Origin: Yuukianura sp. NJ FZ-2021
Taxonomy: Eukaryota
DNA: 64,000 nt
NCBI GenBank assembly: GCA_046563655.1
Contig: CM102286.1
Span: 7,254,001 to 7,318,000 of the forward strand
Reading direction: 5' to 3'
Shown: positions 23,201 through 37,900 of the stretch, piece by piece
Layout: each line of letters opens with the position of its first letter
Position numbering within the stretch: position 1 is the stretch's first letter
Position numbers and translations under genes: made by a program
The notes under the pieces: model-generated
What the model was told of the DNA's origin: nothing
The model's database searches: none
Seen by the model: the letters and a program-made list of their open reading frames with translations, nothing else

Positions 23201-26200
23201 CTTTTTTTTTTCAAAAATTTTTTTTAACCAAATTTTATTGCTTTTTCATTGCTATGCGTTTGAGTGGCTGGAAAGCATTGAAAAATTTCTTGGGTAATTC
23301 CGAATCAACGTGAAAGCTGGGTGGTATTAATCGATGAAAACGATCCTGTGACTCAATCTGACGGTATGCTAAGGTGTTACAATACGTAGGAGAAAGACAT
23401 GAAAGTTCCTAATGGACAGCGTTGGAGGAAAGAGGGGGTTCGGAGGGGGAGGGAACAAGGAGGGGGAGTGAAAGTTCCTTGGAGCTACATTAACTCCTGC
23501 TCAATTTCCATCCATCACTTCCTTTTTTCTTCCTGTAAGTTTGGGGCAAGGCGGGAGTTGATGAAACGGAAGGGAGGCTAAGGACGGGTATCCTCATCAG
23601 TTTCTGAAATTAGATCTTTAAGGAGTTGGCGGGAATATTTGTGTTGGTTAGGATGATTCGGAGGGTGGTTTACATCCTTAGTTAGAAATGTAGCTCTCCC
23701 CCTCCTTCCTCCAGGGAAAATGGTCTTGTCTTGCTCCTCTGAGTAAGTGTTATTGGACTTTTTTCCCTGGAGCTCCCTTATGAGATTTTGATGACCATTA
23801 TATTTCCTAATTCAAAATTCCTTCCAGTAGTTCCCTCCTTTTCGACGAAAAGGGTTTGTAATGTTGGTAATGAATTCTCATAAATTCATAGTTACAGGGT
23901 GCAGGTTAGTACTTTCCCCAGCAGTAATTCTCCAACATCACCTTTCACTTTCACTTCATTTCCATCCTAAACCAGGCCACAGCGGAACCCAACTCCAGGC
24001 GGAAACTCAACTCCTCCTCTTTCTAGAACAGCGATAATTGAATTCGCTTTGTTCTAATGGGCAAAAGACTTTCTTCGAATCTACTACGAGGCGGGGGAAA
24101 ACCGTTTCCCCTGGCGTAACTGAGCCTAACTTACAACTTATGTCTAAACGCTTCTAAAATATCTAAATTAGGCATTGAAATTAGTTCTGTTACGTCATTT
24201 AACGTTGTGTGCGCCAAAGTATATTTGATTGTACGTGTTATGGGACGCGGATCACGACTCCAATAGTTAGTCATTCAATTAATTAATTCGATTAGTTTAC
24301 GTTATTTTCTCAAACTTATGCAGTGTAGATGTTTATGATCTAATTTTTTATGATTATGATTTATGATTTAATTGAATTAATTAATTAATTAATTGACTCG
24401 AGTCAACGATACACCATTTGTCATTGACATGGCCAGAGTTTACACCTCGCTTTCTACTTACACCTCTACATTCATTCATGTTTATTACCCTAGTTGTGTT
24501 ATACTGGTTGTATGAACATTCATAACCAAATGAATACTTGTATTATTGGCAAAGAATCTGCGATAGGAAGGAAAAGGCGCGGGAAATCAATCAAACTCTT
24601 TTTTGGCTTTGGTGCTTACGAAGCAATAAGTTTGTGGAAAAGTTTTGGTGTATAAAATTTTTGCAAACATTTTCTGCACGACAGAAAGTGTGACTTCCAA
24701 ACTAAAGGAAAAGTTTAATGGGACGTTTTGGGGCTTAAAGTGTTGAGTCAACAAGAAAAGTTTGCACGGTTTGAGTTTTCCGTAAGTTTGGTTGTAGTAC
24801 TTGCCAATTCCAACCAGTGTCGCCATGATTGTCATTTCCCATTAATCACTTCCAATGTCGTAATAATCTGTCAAGACCAACCAAAAGAGAAGTCACTGCT
24901 CAACATGACTTCCAGTTCAAAAGGCGTCAAACACCCACAAAAAGTTCACGCCAAGTACCACAACTTTCAATTTGACTCTCATTTAAATTGAATCCAAGTT
25001 TTGCAACAGATTCTTAACTTGCTAAAATTTTCTCAGACTCAAAAGCTGACTTTGGACTTTGAACTTTGACTTCCAATTTATTAACACTTTTTAAAACAGA
25101 AGAGCAACGATGAAGTTATTCTTTTTCAAAAGAAAAGTTGGAGAATTTTGAAAAAATTATTCTTGTGATGATGTAGCAAAACTCTTCCAAAATAGGAAAG
25201 TTATTTCCGCCTTTTCTCCTTTAACCCTAAGGGAAATAAAAGTTTACTTTTCTAATTGTAAAAGAGTGACAGGTTTTCGTCGGTGCCAAAGTTTTTTCGG
25301 TTCATCCTGGGACATCACAAAGTACAAAAACTTGTTTCTAGTCTGATTAATACTAAAAACTAGAAATGGAAAAATACTTTTTGTAAAATATTCATTTCGA
25401 GTACAAAAATTAAAAACAAATTCATCTCCGTTGGGCCAGACACGAAAAACTTTTTAATCAAATCCAAACTTTTAACTCGAAAAAGGAACGACCAAAAAAT
25501 TCCGCCTATTTTTTGTTCAACCTCAAAATCTGAAGTCTAATCTATAAAAGAAGTTTAATTTCAAATTGTCAACATCAAATGTCGATATGGGCTACACAAA
25601 AATTTCGTTTTTCACAATTTTCACTAACAGAAATTGTTTTTGTTACCCTTACGGAAATTTTTAAAATATTAAACATTTGAAATCACACAAATTTTACATG
25701 ATTTTTCTTAACTCAAGCTTTATGAATTGCTTTACGTTTATATAGATGCATTTAGTTGAATTTAAATGATAAATTCCATTTAGCAAAAAGCGGGAAAAAT
25801 TGAAACTTGTTAATCCTGTTAATTATATATGGCGGGTGTTGGTGTTGTACCAAAGAATAATATTTATGAGAACTATGGGCGTTGTGACCTGAATGGAATT
25901 TGACAAGACAACAGACAAAATAGGTTTTGTATTATTTACAATAGGGACACCAGAGCCATAGAGTATAGTGGCAGTTTGTCTTCTACCGGGTAGTTTTTCC
26001 AGGACAAGTGGGACTTTCTCCGACGGTTGGAGCACGGCAGAGGTTGTAAACTTTGTTTTTATGAACTGAGAGAGGAGGAACTTATAGTGTTTGTGTTTGG
26101 AAGGAAATAAAGTAGAAAGATATGAAGTCAAGTACAGTGGGCCATTGTGTTTGTGATGTGCTTGGAATTGGAAACAATCTGCATAAAACTGCCAAGCACT

Positions 26201-29200
26201 CTCCTGTTGACCATTAAAGTTGGGCACGAGGGACACGTTCTTTAAAGAACATTTTCCTACTCTGACATCAATGAGACCGACGACACAAGGACAGCTACCA
26301 ACCATCGTCCATGGTGCTTTTCAAGCCTTTCAAAACAAACCGCCAAAACTTTGTTTGTTGTTGTGGCATTTTTTTTCTTTTGGTGGGAAGTGAATGCGTG
26401 TGAAAAAAGAGAAAGCTTGACTTCGCACAGCTAAGGTTTTTATAACGAAACAAGTCAAGCTCAAAAGTTTCAGTTTCCTTCTGTTTTCCAAAATCGTGCA
26501 ATCTTTCGTCATCGTTCTTACATTTCAGTTTTTCCTTTTTCTGCCTCAAACCTTGAACTCTGGCTAGGTCATACATTTCGGCATCAAACGTACCGCTCAA
26601 CCGTACAGCAGCGATATTGCGTATTTCTGCGTACGGTACAATTCCACGCAACTCTTACTGTACTTAATTTAATTTCACACATAACTTTCTGAGATTTTGC
26701 ACCGACTCTAACACGCGGTAACATTTTTTCCGCTCATGTTTGACTCATCATCTTTTGACATTCAAACCAACTCCCAGACGTTTCAACTGTAATGTCGTCT
26801 AGTATGTCCACTTTTGTTGAAACTTTGAGCTACTCTAGAATAGAGCGGTGACGTTGTCTCCGTTTTCTTTTCACCCGACACTTTTCTTCTCACTTTTTAT
26901 TTGAATTTTCATTTTTTTTTCTTGTTCTTTTTTTTAAAAGAGCTGCATGCTGTTCACCTTCGCTTTATTGCTGCTGGTCTGTTAGAACCTGATTGGAGTA
27001 TAGTTGATGAAGTTGGTTTTCCGAATTGCAGAGCCTTATTTGGTAAAATAGTTGTTGGCACAGGGTTGTTTAAGGATTCTGGAGTTTGAGGACAGTTTTG
27101 CTGACAAAGAAAACAGGTTTCCAGTTTTCCGAGTTAGTGAACAAACTCCATCCTACGTTTGGTTTTTCCTACTCGAATGACTAACTAAGCAAGAGACAGA
27201 GACAGAGAGCTCATCTGTGGCCAAGTCTAATCAAGTTAAAAAGGAGGAACGTACTACTGCATGGGGAAAGGTTGTGTTCCTTTCTCTTTTTGCCCAAAAC
27301 TGTCAATAGGCCTCCATTCCTCATTGTTTCCAATCCGCCTTGTTTGCACAACGGATTTGCCCAATTCTACTTTCTCTTCCTCTGCCAAGACCAAACTAGC
27401 CTAACTTATTATTCCGCTTTGACTTTCACCAAAGCAAAATCTCCTTTCACTTCCAGGTTTCTAGAGAGACTAGAGCCTAACCTAGCTAAAAGCTAGAGCT
27501 AGAAAGCTAGCAGCTAGAATTGTAGTAAGCATTACCCCTCCTCATCCTCTCTCCTTCCATATCTTATCCCGCTCTAAATGGGTTCAATTTCCTATCCATG
27601 ATCCACATCCTCAGAGAATCCTCCAATTCCACTCAATTTTCTTCCTGGTTTTTAGGACTTTTCCTTGTTCATTGGGCAGGAGACTCTCGTGAGTAAAGGA
27701 AAAGCTTGCCTAACCTAAGAGAAAGCAAACCTAACCTAAGGAAAAGCTGCGGGAGTATTGATGGGGAGACATAACCTTTCTTACGAGTCGTTAAGTACAA
27801 CAACGCTTTCCAAAGTCCTTTTCCTTGGAGACTTTGTCTTTTTCCTGCACTCTTTACGTTATGTGTGTGTACAGTGTGTGCTAGGTTGGTCCTTTTATCA
27901 ATTCTTAGCAAGTAGTACACTTTCTTTTTAGGAACTTTGAAAAAATCTTAACGCGGCAGAAGCAGAAACGTAACAAACGTAGAGGAGGGAGAGTCAAACC
28001 ACTTTGAGACTTTGACAGTTTTATAGATATAATGTCTCCCTCTCGTCCCCCTTCCGTATCAATTCTGCCGGGCAGAAAGTCGTCTTTTTGTCCATCCACT
28101 TTCACCCTCCATCTCAGATTGGGATCGCAAGATTGTTCTTATGGTGGAAAACTTTTTTGAGAGGGTACAAACCTAACGTAACCCTATAAAGTTCTTGGAG
28201 CAAACAGGAACCACTTGGAAGTGTATTGGGTAGTTTACTATTCAGTGTTTGTAGGATTTCGGAACAAGGAACTGAGAAGGGGTTGAAGATTTTTGAAAAA
28301 AGGAATTCGGTTTGAAGAGTTTTTGAGATTTGAGCAGAGCTTTAACCTTTGTAAGTCTTTGGGGATGTGTGAATTTTTATGAGGAACTCGTCGGCTTTTG
28401 AACTCGTGAATTTTGACTTTATTGAGTTTTTTTCTTAGTCTGATTCAATTAGAATCTTGGAAGGAGATTCAAGTAGAGACTTTAAGGCATCTTGTGTTTT
28501 TTACCCAAAGAGGAGCAGAGATGGAAGATGAATTTATAAAAAGTTTGACTTTTCGAGGGAAGGGAAAGCGTGCGAGAAGTTTCTTTTTTGAGTCTAAAAA
28601 ATACTACCTGAACTTTGAGTTCCACTCGCATGAACCGGGAAAGCGGGAAAGTTTTGAAAGTGAAAATCAGAAAAGTTTCAACTCCAACCAAAATTCATGT
28701 TGCCATTATTTTTTAATCAGGCAAATCAGGAGGAAGGAGGAAAGCTAAAGAACAAGGAAATGGAAAACAAGATTTTACAAATTTCCAAAAAAAAAAATCA
28801 GAATTTTGCACATTAAACCTACTGACCTTTTTCGTGTATCTCGGAATTATTTGGAACGTCAATTTTTTTAAAATTACTATTCAAAACAGTTACGCTCACA
28901 GAAAAACATACATTAGGCGTGAATTTTCTAATTTTCTAATCGTTTTATTAAAAAACTTGCTTTGACTTATAAAATTTGAATGTCTCAAATCCAAAGACTC
29001 AAAACTATTTAACAAGGTATTTTAATAAAAAAAAAAGAAAAAGTCTCTGAATTCTTTTTCTACTACTACTAGTTCTTTCTATTTTAAATTTTTTGAATTT
29101 ATTAAAACGTCATGAGATAAGTCTTGTCGTATCAAACACTAGTCCGCTCAAGTTCGTTTTAGGTCACAGCGGGTCACCTGCGTAAGCACATCTTCCGTCT

Positions 29201-30077
29201 AAATGATCACCTTTGTACGTTTCATTTTTGGAACAAGAATGAATGAGTGCTATTCAAAAAATTTCATGTTTGTGTGTAGGCTTTTCTAAAAAAAAGTCTT
29301 GCCCCCTTGTCAACTGAAGTGTTTTCTGTTTTCATAAGAAAACTGAAAAGTAGAAAAGAACGACTCCGCTTGACACAGAAATTCAAAAGACGGAACTTTT
29401 AAGGACGGGTAAGAGGCAGCGTTTGTTTACGATTTGGTGTCAGTCATTGCCGTTAGTAACCAAGCAAAATCACTGCTCAAACGTGCAAAAGTCGGCACTG
29501 TTTTGAATGGTTGACGAATCAAAGTTTTTCCGGGTACAACACATCAAATAAGCTGGAACAAAACAATCAACATGTTCCCATGGAAACGGCTAATTTCATT
29601 GCCGACATTTGCAAATTTGTAAATTACCTCAGAATTTCATCTACTTTTGCTAATTAGATGTTCATTATAAGACCTAGAAATGTGTTTGAGGTGTCTAAAA
29701 ATCCGGAAGACCATGGCGCTTAAGCCGCCTTGACCAAATTCCCGAATTTTGGTATCATTCGACGCGTAGAAAAAATTGAACCTTGTATTCAATTTTTAGT
29801 ATCACTTCACAACAAAAATTCAAGTTTGGTTCAAGGCTCTGCATTCTACAGATAATGACGAATTTTTAGAGCCCTTGTAGACATTTCTACGTTATACCTG
29901 TGACTTCTAATTAGGCGTCAAAGTTAATTAATTTAAGGCGAAACGAGACCCACCGTTGCCATGTGTGATTCCTTCTTAAAACGAAAACCTTTAAATTCTC
30001 TTTTGTTCCCATGATCATGCAACGGTAACGCTAACAACATGTACCCAAGGCTTCTTTCATTTCTTTAGGCTCATAAC

Positions 30078-30883
30078 CAGGGCTGTCAAACATATGTACT
30101 TACATATAACATATTTTTTAAATATTCAGGCGCTTTCGACGGAAAAAAATATTTACGTTTTTAGTGAATATTTACGTACATATTTTCGCTTTTTCGTCAC
30201 TTTTTTGTGAAAAACAAGTGAAAAATGACAGTTTTCGGACTTTTTCGTCAAAACATGGACTTTTTCGTCCAGACTTTTCGGTCTTTTTCGCTTACCTAAC
30301 ATATGTCTGGGCGGCGATCCGTTTGATCGGTAGAAGCGGTAGTTTCTAGAAAGGAAACCGGCCATAATTTCACCCGTTCTATTACAGCGCGTGCCCTACG
30401 CCACGGTATTTGTAACTACACAGTCGATACACTGAACGGAACTGTTTTTCCCCAACTAATCTTGTTTATTTTAAGTATCCACTTAAACTTTTCATACACC
30501 AATGAATGTGAGTTCGTGTCAGCCGAAACGAAACCCGAATCCGAAAAAAAAACATTATCCGCATTTTAATTTGCCGTGTCGATTTTGTCGGTGGCATATA
30601 TGCCTGAGTATATATTGACGCACATAGCGCAGAGGTTCAAAGAATACAATTCACGGTTACGCCGTAAATTGTTCTCCTGCCGTGCCCTACATGTTTTATC
30701 TGACAAACGCATAAATGTATAGATAGTTTCACAGGCTTAAAAGCATCAGGAATTTTGCGACTCCCTTTTAAAAGTAATAAATATTGAACTTTTAGTAAAT
30801 ATGTTAGTCCATATTTCACGGTTTTTGATACATATTTAAATAAATATTCTGGCGGTTTTTAGCACATATGTTTGACAGGCCTG
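30078..30883. mobile_element. Non-autonomous hAT-family DNA transposon, 806 bp
   Basis: TIRs CAGGGCTGTCAAACATATGTACT (left) and CAGGCCTGTCAAACATATGTGCT (right, reverse complement), 21/23 identical. Perfect 8-bp TSD CTCATAAC at 30070-30077 and 30884-30891. No transposase ORF inside. Confidence 0.92.
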
Positions 30884-31990
30884 CTCATAACTCAAGTCCA
30901 AGTACCCAGGACATGGTATAAGATGGAGAGGGTCCTAAGGGCTCCTCTACGCTGTTCAGCTGCTCCTGATTTCTACCTGGTCAAAAAACGTAGGTAGTTA
31001 GGCTCACCTTAACTTAAACGCAGTCTCTTTCCATAACCTCCTCGGTCCTCACCTGTCTTCCCTGTGTGTAGACAAGGGGCGGAAAAGAAGATCTTCCTCC
31101 CGTACTATCATGGGAAGAAAAAAATAACGTTCTCGGAGATCACAATCTTTTGGTCGAAACAGGCACGGTGAAGCAGGAGCTTCCAGAATTTTTTTTTGTG
31201 GAGCTTCGAACACGGTAAAGCGAACAGTGAGAGTCAGTCTGTTCATGGAAGGCATCCGACTCAGTCAGTCGAAGCTCACCAAAACCTGAGCGCTCAAAGA
31301 GAAAGTACCACAGTCGCTCCGAGTCGCTCGTTGAGCTCACAAGTCGTTCGGACATAATCCAACTCTAACGTGCAAGTTATTCTCTGTTTGAAAATCGAGT
31401 CAAAAGTGCGGAAAACTTTGAAATTGAAAACTACTCCGCCCCCTCATTGGTTCATTTACTTTGAACAAAGACTAGGCTCCTGCCTTTTCTAAGTAAAGTT
31501 AGGCTAGTTTTCCTAAGCTTAATAAGTTCACCTTAGCTGACTCAGCCTCATAAAAAGGGCCTTCGAAAGTGGAAAGCTAATGGGCACAATAAGTGTGACT
31601 CCCAACCTCCCTAGTTACTTTTACTGACGAAGCAAAATATTTTCAACGCTCCTTTTTCTGAACTTTCAACTTTCACTTTTTGGACTCGAAAAAGGAAAGT
31701 TCTGAAGGAAAAATATAGCGATCAAGCGACAAGGGAAAACTCATTTTAGAAAGTGAAAGTGGACTGTTAGGGCGGAGAGAAAGCAGAAACAAGAAAAACA
31801 AAAAACGGCGGGAATTGTGTTTTTGTTAAATGGAACTTTTCTGGACGTTCGGACCTCTCTCGGTTCCTAAATACTTCAATTTCTATTTATTATTATAGAC
31901 TCACGTCTGTTATTATGACCTAACTGTTTCAAAGAGTAAACCTAAAGAGCTAAAAAAATTGCACGATAGCAGCAAAGCACCACACGTCAA

Positions 31991-34900
31991 ATGCCAAATA
32001 TGAGTAGAAACGCGGCGTTATTTCAAAAGTCCCGCTACCACCGTTCTGCGGTTTGCCCAAAGTTTCTGGTGATGCTGACCTTAGTCCTGGATTTTTTTTC
32101 GACTCAAGTCTCCGGGGGCCGAATGTTTGGTAAGTTTTTTTTTGTATGAGAGTTTCCTTGAAAAAAGCTAAGAAAAAAAGGCTTTACTTTCTTCAAGTAC
32201 TTTTCTGAAAAAAAAAGTTTACACTTTCAGAAATTCTATTAAGTTTTTATGAAAGGAAGTTTTGTGAGACCTCGGCTTGTAAGATAAGTCTAACTCAATT
32301 TTGAGAAAAAAAGTAAACGAAAAAAGAGAACAATTACGTTAAGTTTAGGAGACAAGCAAGCCTTCAAATTACTTTTCCACCTATGTACTGTAAAGAATTC
32401 TTTTTACTGTAGTACTATTTCAAAAAAATTTTTGGATTTCACCAAAACCTGTTAAATTCATATGAAAAAAAAGTCAGAATAATACAACAATTGAACAACA
32501 ATATTTTAAAATTTTTGAAATGATAAAGTTGCAGAAAGTTCTAGTTTGATGCTGTGTTTGAATATCCCTAATGTAACTGATGTAAGTTTTTTTTACGTTT
32601 TTGTGTGAAAAGCAACTTGTTTTGACGCTGGCGTAGTTTGTGAGAAGCCCATTTTTTAATTCTGAATTGCGTGCAGCCTCTTTTGTCGAGAGGACTTCTT
32701 GTAACAAGGTTTTTTTTTTAAGTTTTTGAGTGTTTCTTTTCTCGGACACTTTGGTGAACAAAACTTTTGGTAGTGTGAAAGTTGTAGAATGTTGAAGATG
32801 TTTTCAAAGGTTGCTCGGTGCTTTATTAGCGCTCCGGCTTCTCTCTCCAGTGTTGTGCAGCGTCGTCAAGTCCCAAGACTAAAAAAACTGCACGGAGCAG
32901 CACAATTTCCCGTGTCTTGGGCAGCTTTCTCCTAGTATATGGTGGGTACTGGAAGCCTATTGGCTCAATGGAGTGTTAAGACGAACGTGTTTCGCTTAGA
33001 AAGAAGCTTAAAACAGCCCCAACTTAGTACTACGAGCAACGTCCTAACGAACGTCTCATAAGACGCTGAGATATGGAAGCGCAGGTGGAATCCTCTGCGA
33101 CGGAAGCGGCATAAATCAAATTGTTCCAATGACAGGTCATGGCGCACAAACTCAAACAATTTCTTGTAACTTCGTTCTACAAGGAGCTTTTTCTAGTACT
33201 GAATCGTACAAAAAGCAAATGGGATAGTTAAAAAAGTTCAAGTTAAAAAAAGCTTCAAAAGGTTTTAGTTTTGGGAACTTGTGCAAGAGAGAGAGAGAAG
33301 AAAAAACAAAATTTAGAGTTGACAAAATTGGATTCGGAAACATCATGGAATGATAGTCTTAACTATTTTTTGTATGATGAGAAACATATGACACCAAATC
33401 TTGTTTTAAATTTTAAAATCTCCCTCCTTCCGTTTTTTAAAATTTGGAACACCCAGAGATGCGAGCATACGCATTTACCCGTTTATCCATTTTTAGTTTC
33501 AAATTTTTTGCTACTAAAGGATGATAAATGAGACGCAGGATTTTTGGAACTACCAAAAAGCTGTGAAAAAAAAAAACGTTCGACAAGAATCAAATTATGA
33601 TTTTTTTTTTAAAAAAAAAGTGGATTTACGTTGAAAAGATCGCTATGGATCAGCGTTTTTTTAAACTGAACGGAATCGCTACTTTTTGTAGTCGTAAGAC
33701 AGAAAACGGAAGTTAATGAAAGTAGATTATCCTTTCTCCAGCTATTTTTGGGACAGACGCTGTTGGTGGCGCTGAAGTTTGAATTAATGGTTGACGATTA
33801 TGTAAAACCATGTTGGAAACTGTGGATCGTGTGGTTTTGAAGCAACTACTACAACTATATAGTAAAAGTGTTGGAGGGAATATTTAAATATCTGTCAGCA
33901 GATTGTTGAAATTTTAAAGAAAAGGGTTTGCTAGAGCTCAGCAAAAAGTCTCAGTAAGAGTTTTACAGTTAATGATCCCTGTCGAGCTAGACAACTCCAC
34001 CCACCCTTCCAGAACTGGAAGATGCGACACAAAATAGAAATGTGGCTCTTGACAGATGATGAAATGATCACTGGAAAGTGTCAGCGAGGGAAAAGCTATG
34101 CTTCACTGCTCACGATTTCTTAAGACAAATTTCGGTTTTGGAAAAAGGGGCGGGGAAGGAAGAAATAATGACACTCTCACTATACCTCGCAGATCCAAAA
34201 ATATATTTTGAGACATAAAATATGTATGGACATATTTAATTTTACACGCAAACTTTGAATTTAGAAGTGGAAAATTTGCTTGCTTTCTTACAATTCTCAA
34301 ATTCTGGACGTTTTTCTAATCATTGCAATTCTTTCAATGTTACAAATTACTATAAATTTTCACACACAAAATTCACAATAAAATTTATTGGCAGATTAGT
34401 CAAGTGAAACAAAACAGTTGAATTGAATTAAGAATTAAAAAAAATAACAATATGCATATTATATTTTACATTGAAACTGAATGGTTTGGTTTTTAGGAAT
34501 TAAACAGTTCTTTTTTTCTTTTTACAAAATAGTTAACGTTTGTTTTGGAATAGAAATGTTAAGAAATTTCAAAATGGGAAAACTTTTTTTCTCTGCCAAA
34601 AAATCAGAAAACAAAAGATTCCAAGTCGTAATTTTTTTTATTCCGTGGAAAGGTTATATATTTCTTTTCTTTTTTCTTCGGTTGAATTTGGAAACCCCTT
34701 TGTGTTTCTTTCTCTTTTATTGTCCATTTCCATTCAAACAAAAAATTTCAAAGGGAAATTCATCGGAAGCCGAGGAACACTACGAGGCTCTTTGCACACT
34801 TTTAGTGCTCTGGGTGTATTGGAAATTGGAATGGAAAAAAGTAGCTGTTCTTGGGAACCTCGATCTAACCTTAAAATAAATCATTGAATTTGTTTCAATA

Positions 34901-37900
34901 GAATAAACTCAAGACAGAATGAATTAAGGGCTCAAAGGAATTCAGGCACAAAGAGAAAGCCAACAATAAAGAGAAAGTTCAGTTATTAAAAAACTTTCAA
35001 TTTTTGTAAATTACAAAAACGTAACAAATTAGCCAACTTTTTTCAAGTTTCATAAGTATTCACACGCAAATTTTCAAAGCTAAAATTGAAACACGATGTA
35101 GAGTTCCAGAATCTTTTAATTTCTCGGAATTAAACTATTTGACAAAAAATAAACTAACCTAATGAAAATTCAATTTTTGAGGTCGCGAGCTTTGCAAATC
35201 TTTTTTCAGTTACTCATTTAGGCTAGTTGCTGTAGCCTTTGCTAACATGAATGGTTAAGTTGTGTTGTGTTTGAGTAAACTAATCTACTGGCCTAAGCTT
35301 GATTAGGTTAGGTTTACACTGAAATGTGTTAGGGATGATCAGTTTGGACACTTTGGGAAGCACAAATTTTGTGAGGCATGGCGTTAAGGTTGTAACGTAG
35401 AGACGTAGGGGATTGAATTTGACGGAATTACTAATGGGCAACTAGTGAGAATTGGAATGTTTAAGGGTGGTTGTGAAGGAGAGTCACTGAAGCATAGGCC
35501 ATTAAGCAAGGAGACAATTCAACTAAAGTTCTGTTTAGCCCTTGTTGGACCATGTACACCGTGTTCCACTCCGTGGGCACAACAGTCGATGGAGGGAGTA
35601 AGTATGGAATGCCTGGATCACATATGGTCCATTCACTAGGAACCATCACCCTCCAACTGCTGTCACTCTGATAATTAGGAACACTTCACCCTAACCAAGC
35701 CTAGGGTTTCTTCCGAAGCTGGATGTTAATTGGGCTCCAGGGATCCAGCACCACTTCTTTCGTCGATGTTCGAACAAGTTGCTGGACACTTTGGAATCTC
35801 GTCGAGAGAGTAATTCTAAGGTCGAGGGGTCAACATGACATTGACAAGGAAATCTGGGGTCAACATCTCTCCAAAAAGTGTCGACCAGACACTCCCAAGC
35901 ATTAAGCAATTGAGATGTGACAGATGACATATGAATGAGTCACAGAGCGCAGAAGCTAATCAAGAAAAACGACTCGATTCAAACTCTCGTTGAAGCGTCA
36001 CTTGAAGGTTTGTGCGGGGCCTTAATTGCTTTTAAGAATTTTGTACGATTATGATAATTTTTGGTAAATTATTTCCTGACTCATTTTCCAAAAAAAAAAA
36101 TGCTCATTCTAAAAGAATATTTTTTTTTTAATTTTGAAGACGCTATGTTGTTTCTGCTTCTGCGCACAACGCACCGTATGTTCGAGAAAACTTTAATTGG
36201 AGATCAGGAAGACAGCAGTTTTGAAGTGGCAAATGAGTTTTAGACGAGCTTGTGGTTTTTTGAAAATTTATAAACCGCGCGTCTTCGTTTTCAACTTTTT
36301 GGCAAAAAACGGTTTTAGCACACGGTCCACCGCGGTGCTAAGAAGCACAAAAGACGCCGAAGATACTGCTGCTGCTTTTCTTGCGGTTTTGCCCAGCTCC
36401 TCTCCCTTGTCTCTTCCACGTGTCTATTAGAATAATATGAAAGGAAGTGAAATTACGTTAAGGAACTTCGAGCGAAGAACTTTAGAAATTCTTAAAGCGC
36501 GGGAATGAGTCTTGGAAAGGAGCCTTAAGGACTCCTCTTCTTCAGATCTAATCTCCAAGGCACAAGCAACTTTCTCCCGTGCTTAGTGTTAGCTTTTCCG
36601 AGAGATGCTGGATGCTGGAGCATCTCTTCCTGGATGCCGGAAGAGTAAAAGGATAAGATAAGTACTTGGAAGTTCTTATCCCTTGGTCTTGTCTTCCAAC
36701 TTTATGACTCCTGTCTTTACTTTTTGCTTTACGACAAGGCATCCCGCATAACGATTATCATTGGGAAGGAGAGCTTCTTACGGGAAGCAAACGAAGATAG
36801 GCTCTCATAACCTTCTTCCGCTCACACTTTCTTTATGATTGATTAGATCTCATCTCCACACGCTTTCGCTTTTTTACGCGCCCCCAAACTACTCAAGATT
36901 CTTAAGATCAAAAAAGTGCAGCATTCCTAGGAAAAGGGAGCCTAACTACTAGTGCTTCGGTGTAGGTCTCAAAAACTTATTTGGAACCTGAGACGAGCCT
37001 GGTGTAGTAATCGGAGTTTTAGACTAAACTTTTTTTTTGGTGGAAAATTTTTATGGAAGGTAAAAATTTTTGGAGGAAAAATGCATTTCACGCTCCTTTG
37101 GCATTAGATTCTACAAAACCAAAAATTCCTTAGCAGGTTAAGACTTTCCCAGAATAAATTTAAACGAAAAAAAAAAAATGCAAAAATTTCTATAGAATTG
37201 CTTCTACGTTTTTATTAATAAAAAAGTAAAATCGACTAAGATTAATATTAACAAAACTTTGAGTTTTTTTAAATCTTATTAAAGAGATTTCTCTATTGAT
37301 AGGCTCAGTTCAAAAGTTGTTGAACCAATTTACTAGTTGAAGTAAATTCCACAAATTAGTTGATCTAATTACTGTTGAATCTTTAGCAGGAATGCAACCG
37401 CAATGAACCGTGAGTTTGTCTTAGATTGTGGTGCTGTGGTTTGATCATTTTCTGATGAAGATTCCAAAGTCATTGAAATGGAACAAGGACTTGGAGGGCG
37501 CGAGGTGGGAAAGTTGTAATTTGAAATTTGGAGAAAGTGGACCGGAGAACAATGGGGAAAGTGGTCCATTGTTCCCCTGCCCAACACCACACTCCTCCCA
37601 ATCCTAATCGTTCTAATGAACACCAGTCTTAAACTTCCCAACAACTTTGAAAAGAGAAAGTGAGACTTTGTTGTAGTACTCAAAGTGGATTAAGATTTAG
37701 GCACTTCCTTTACCAAATCCACTTGTGCCCATATAACTTAAAGCCCTGGGATCCTTCCTCCAGTCCTCATCTGTCAACTACAAAGGAAGTTGGACTTGAC
37801 AGGACTTGGCTTCTCCAGGAGTTATCTAATCTGGAGACTAACTGCGGCGGCAGCAGTTGAACCATTTCAAATGTTGGCGCATTCTTAAGGGTACGATGGA

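Noticed and set aside
31950..32905. ~25-nt imperfect direct repeat CTAAAAAAA(T/C)TGCACG..AGCAGCA on either side of the putative first Ig exon
   Set aside because: Too short and partly low-complexity, with no second coding exon or element boundaries associated.
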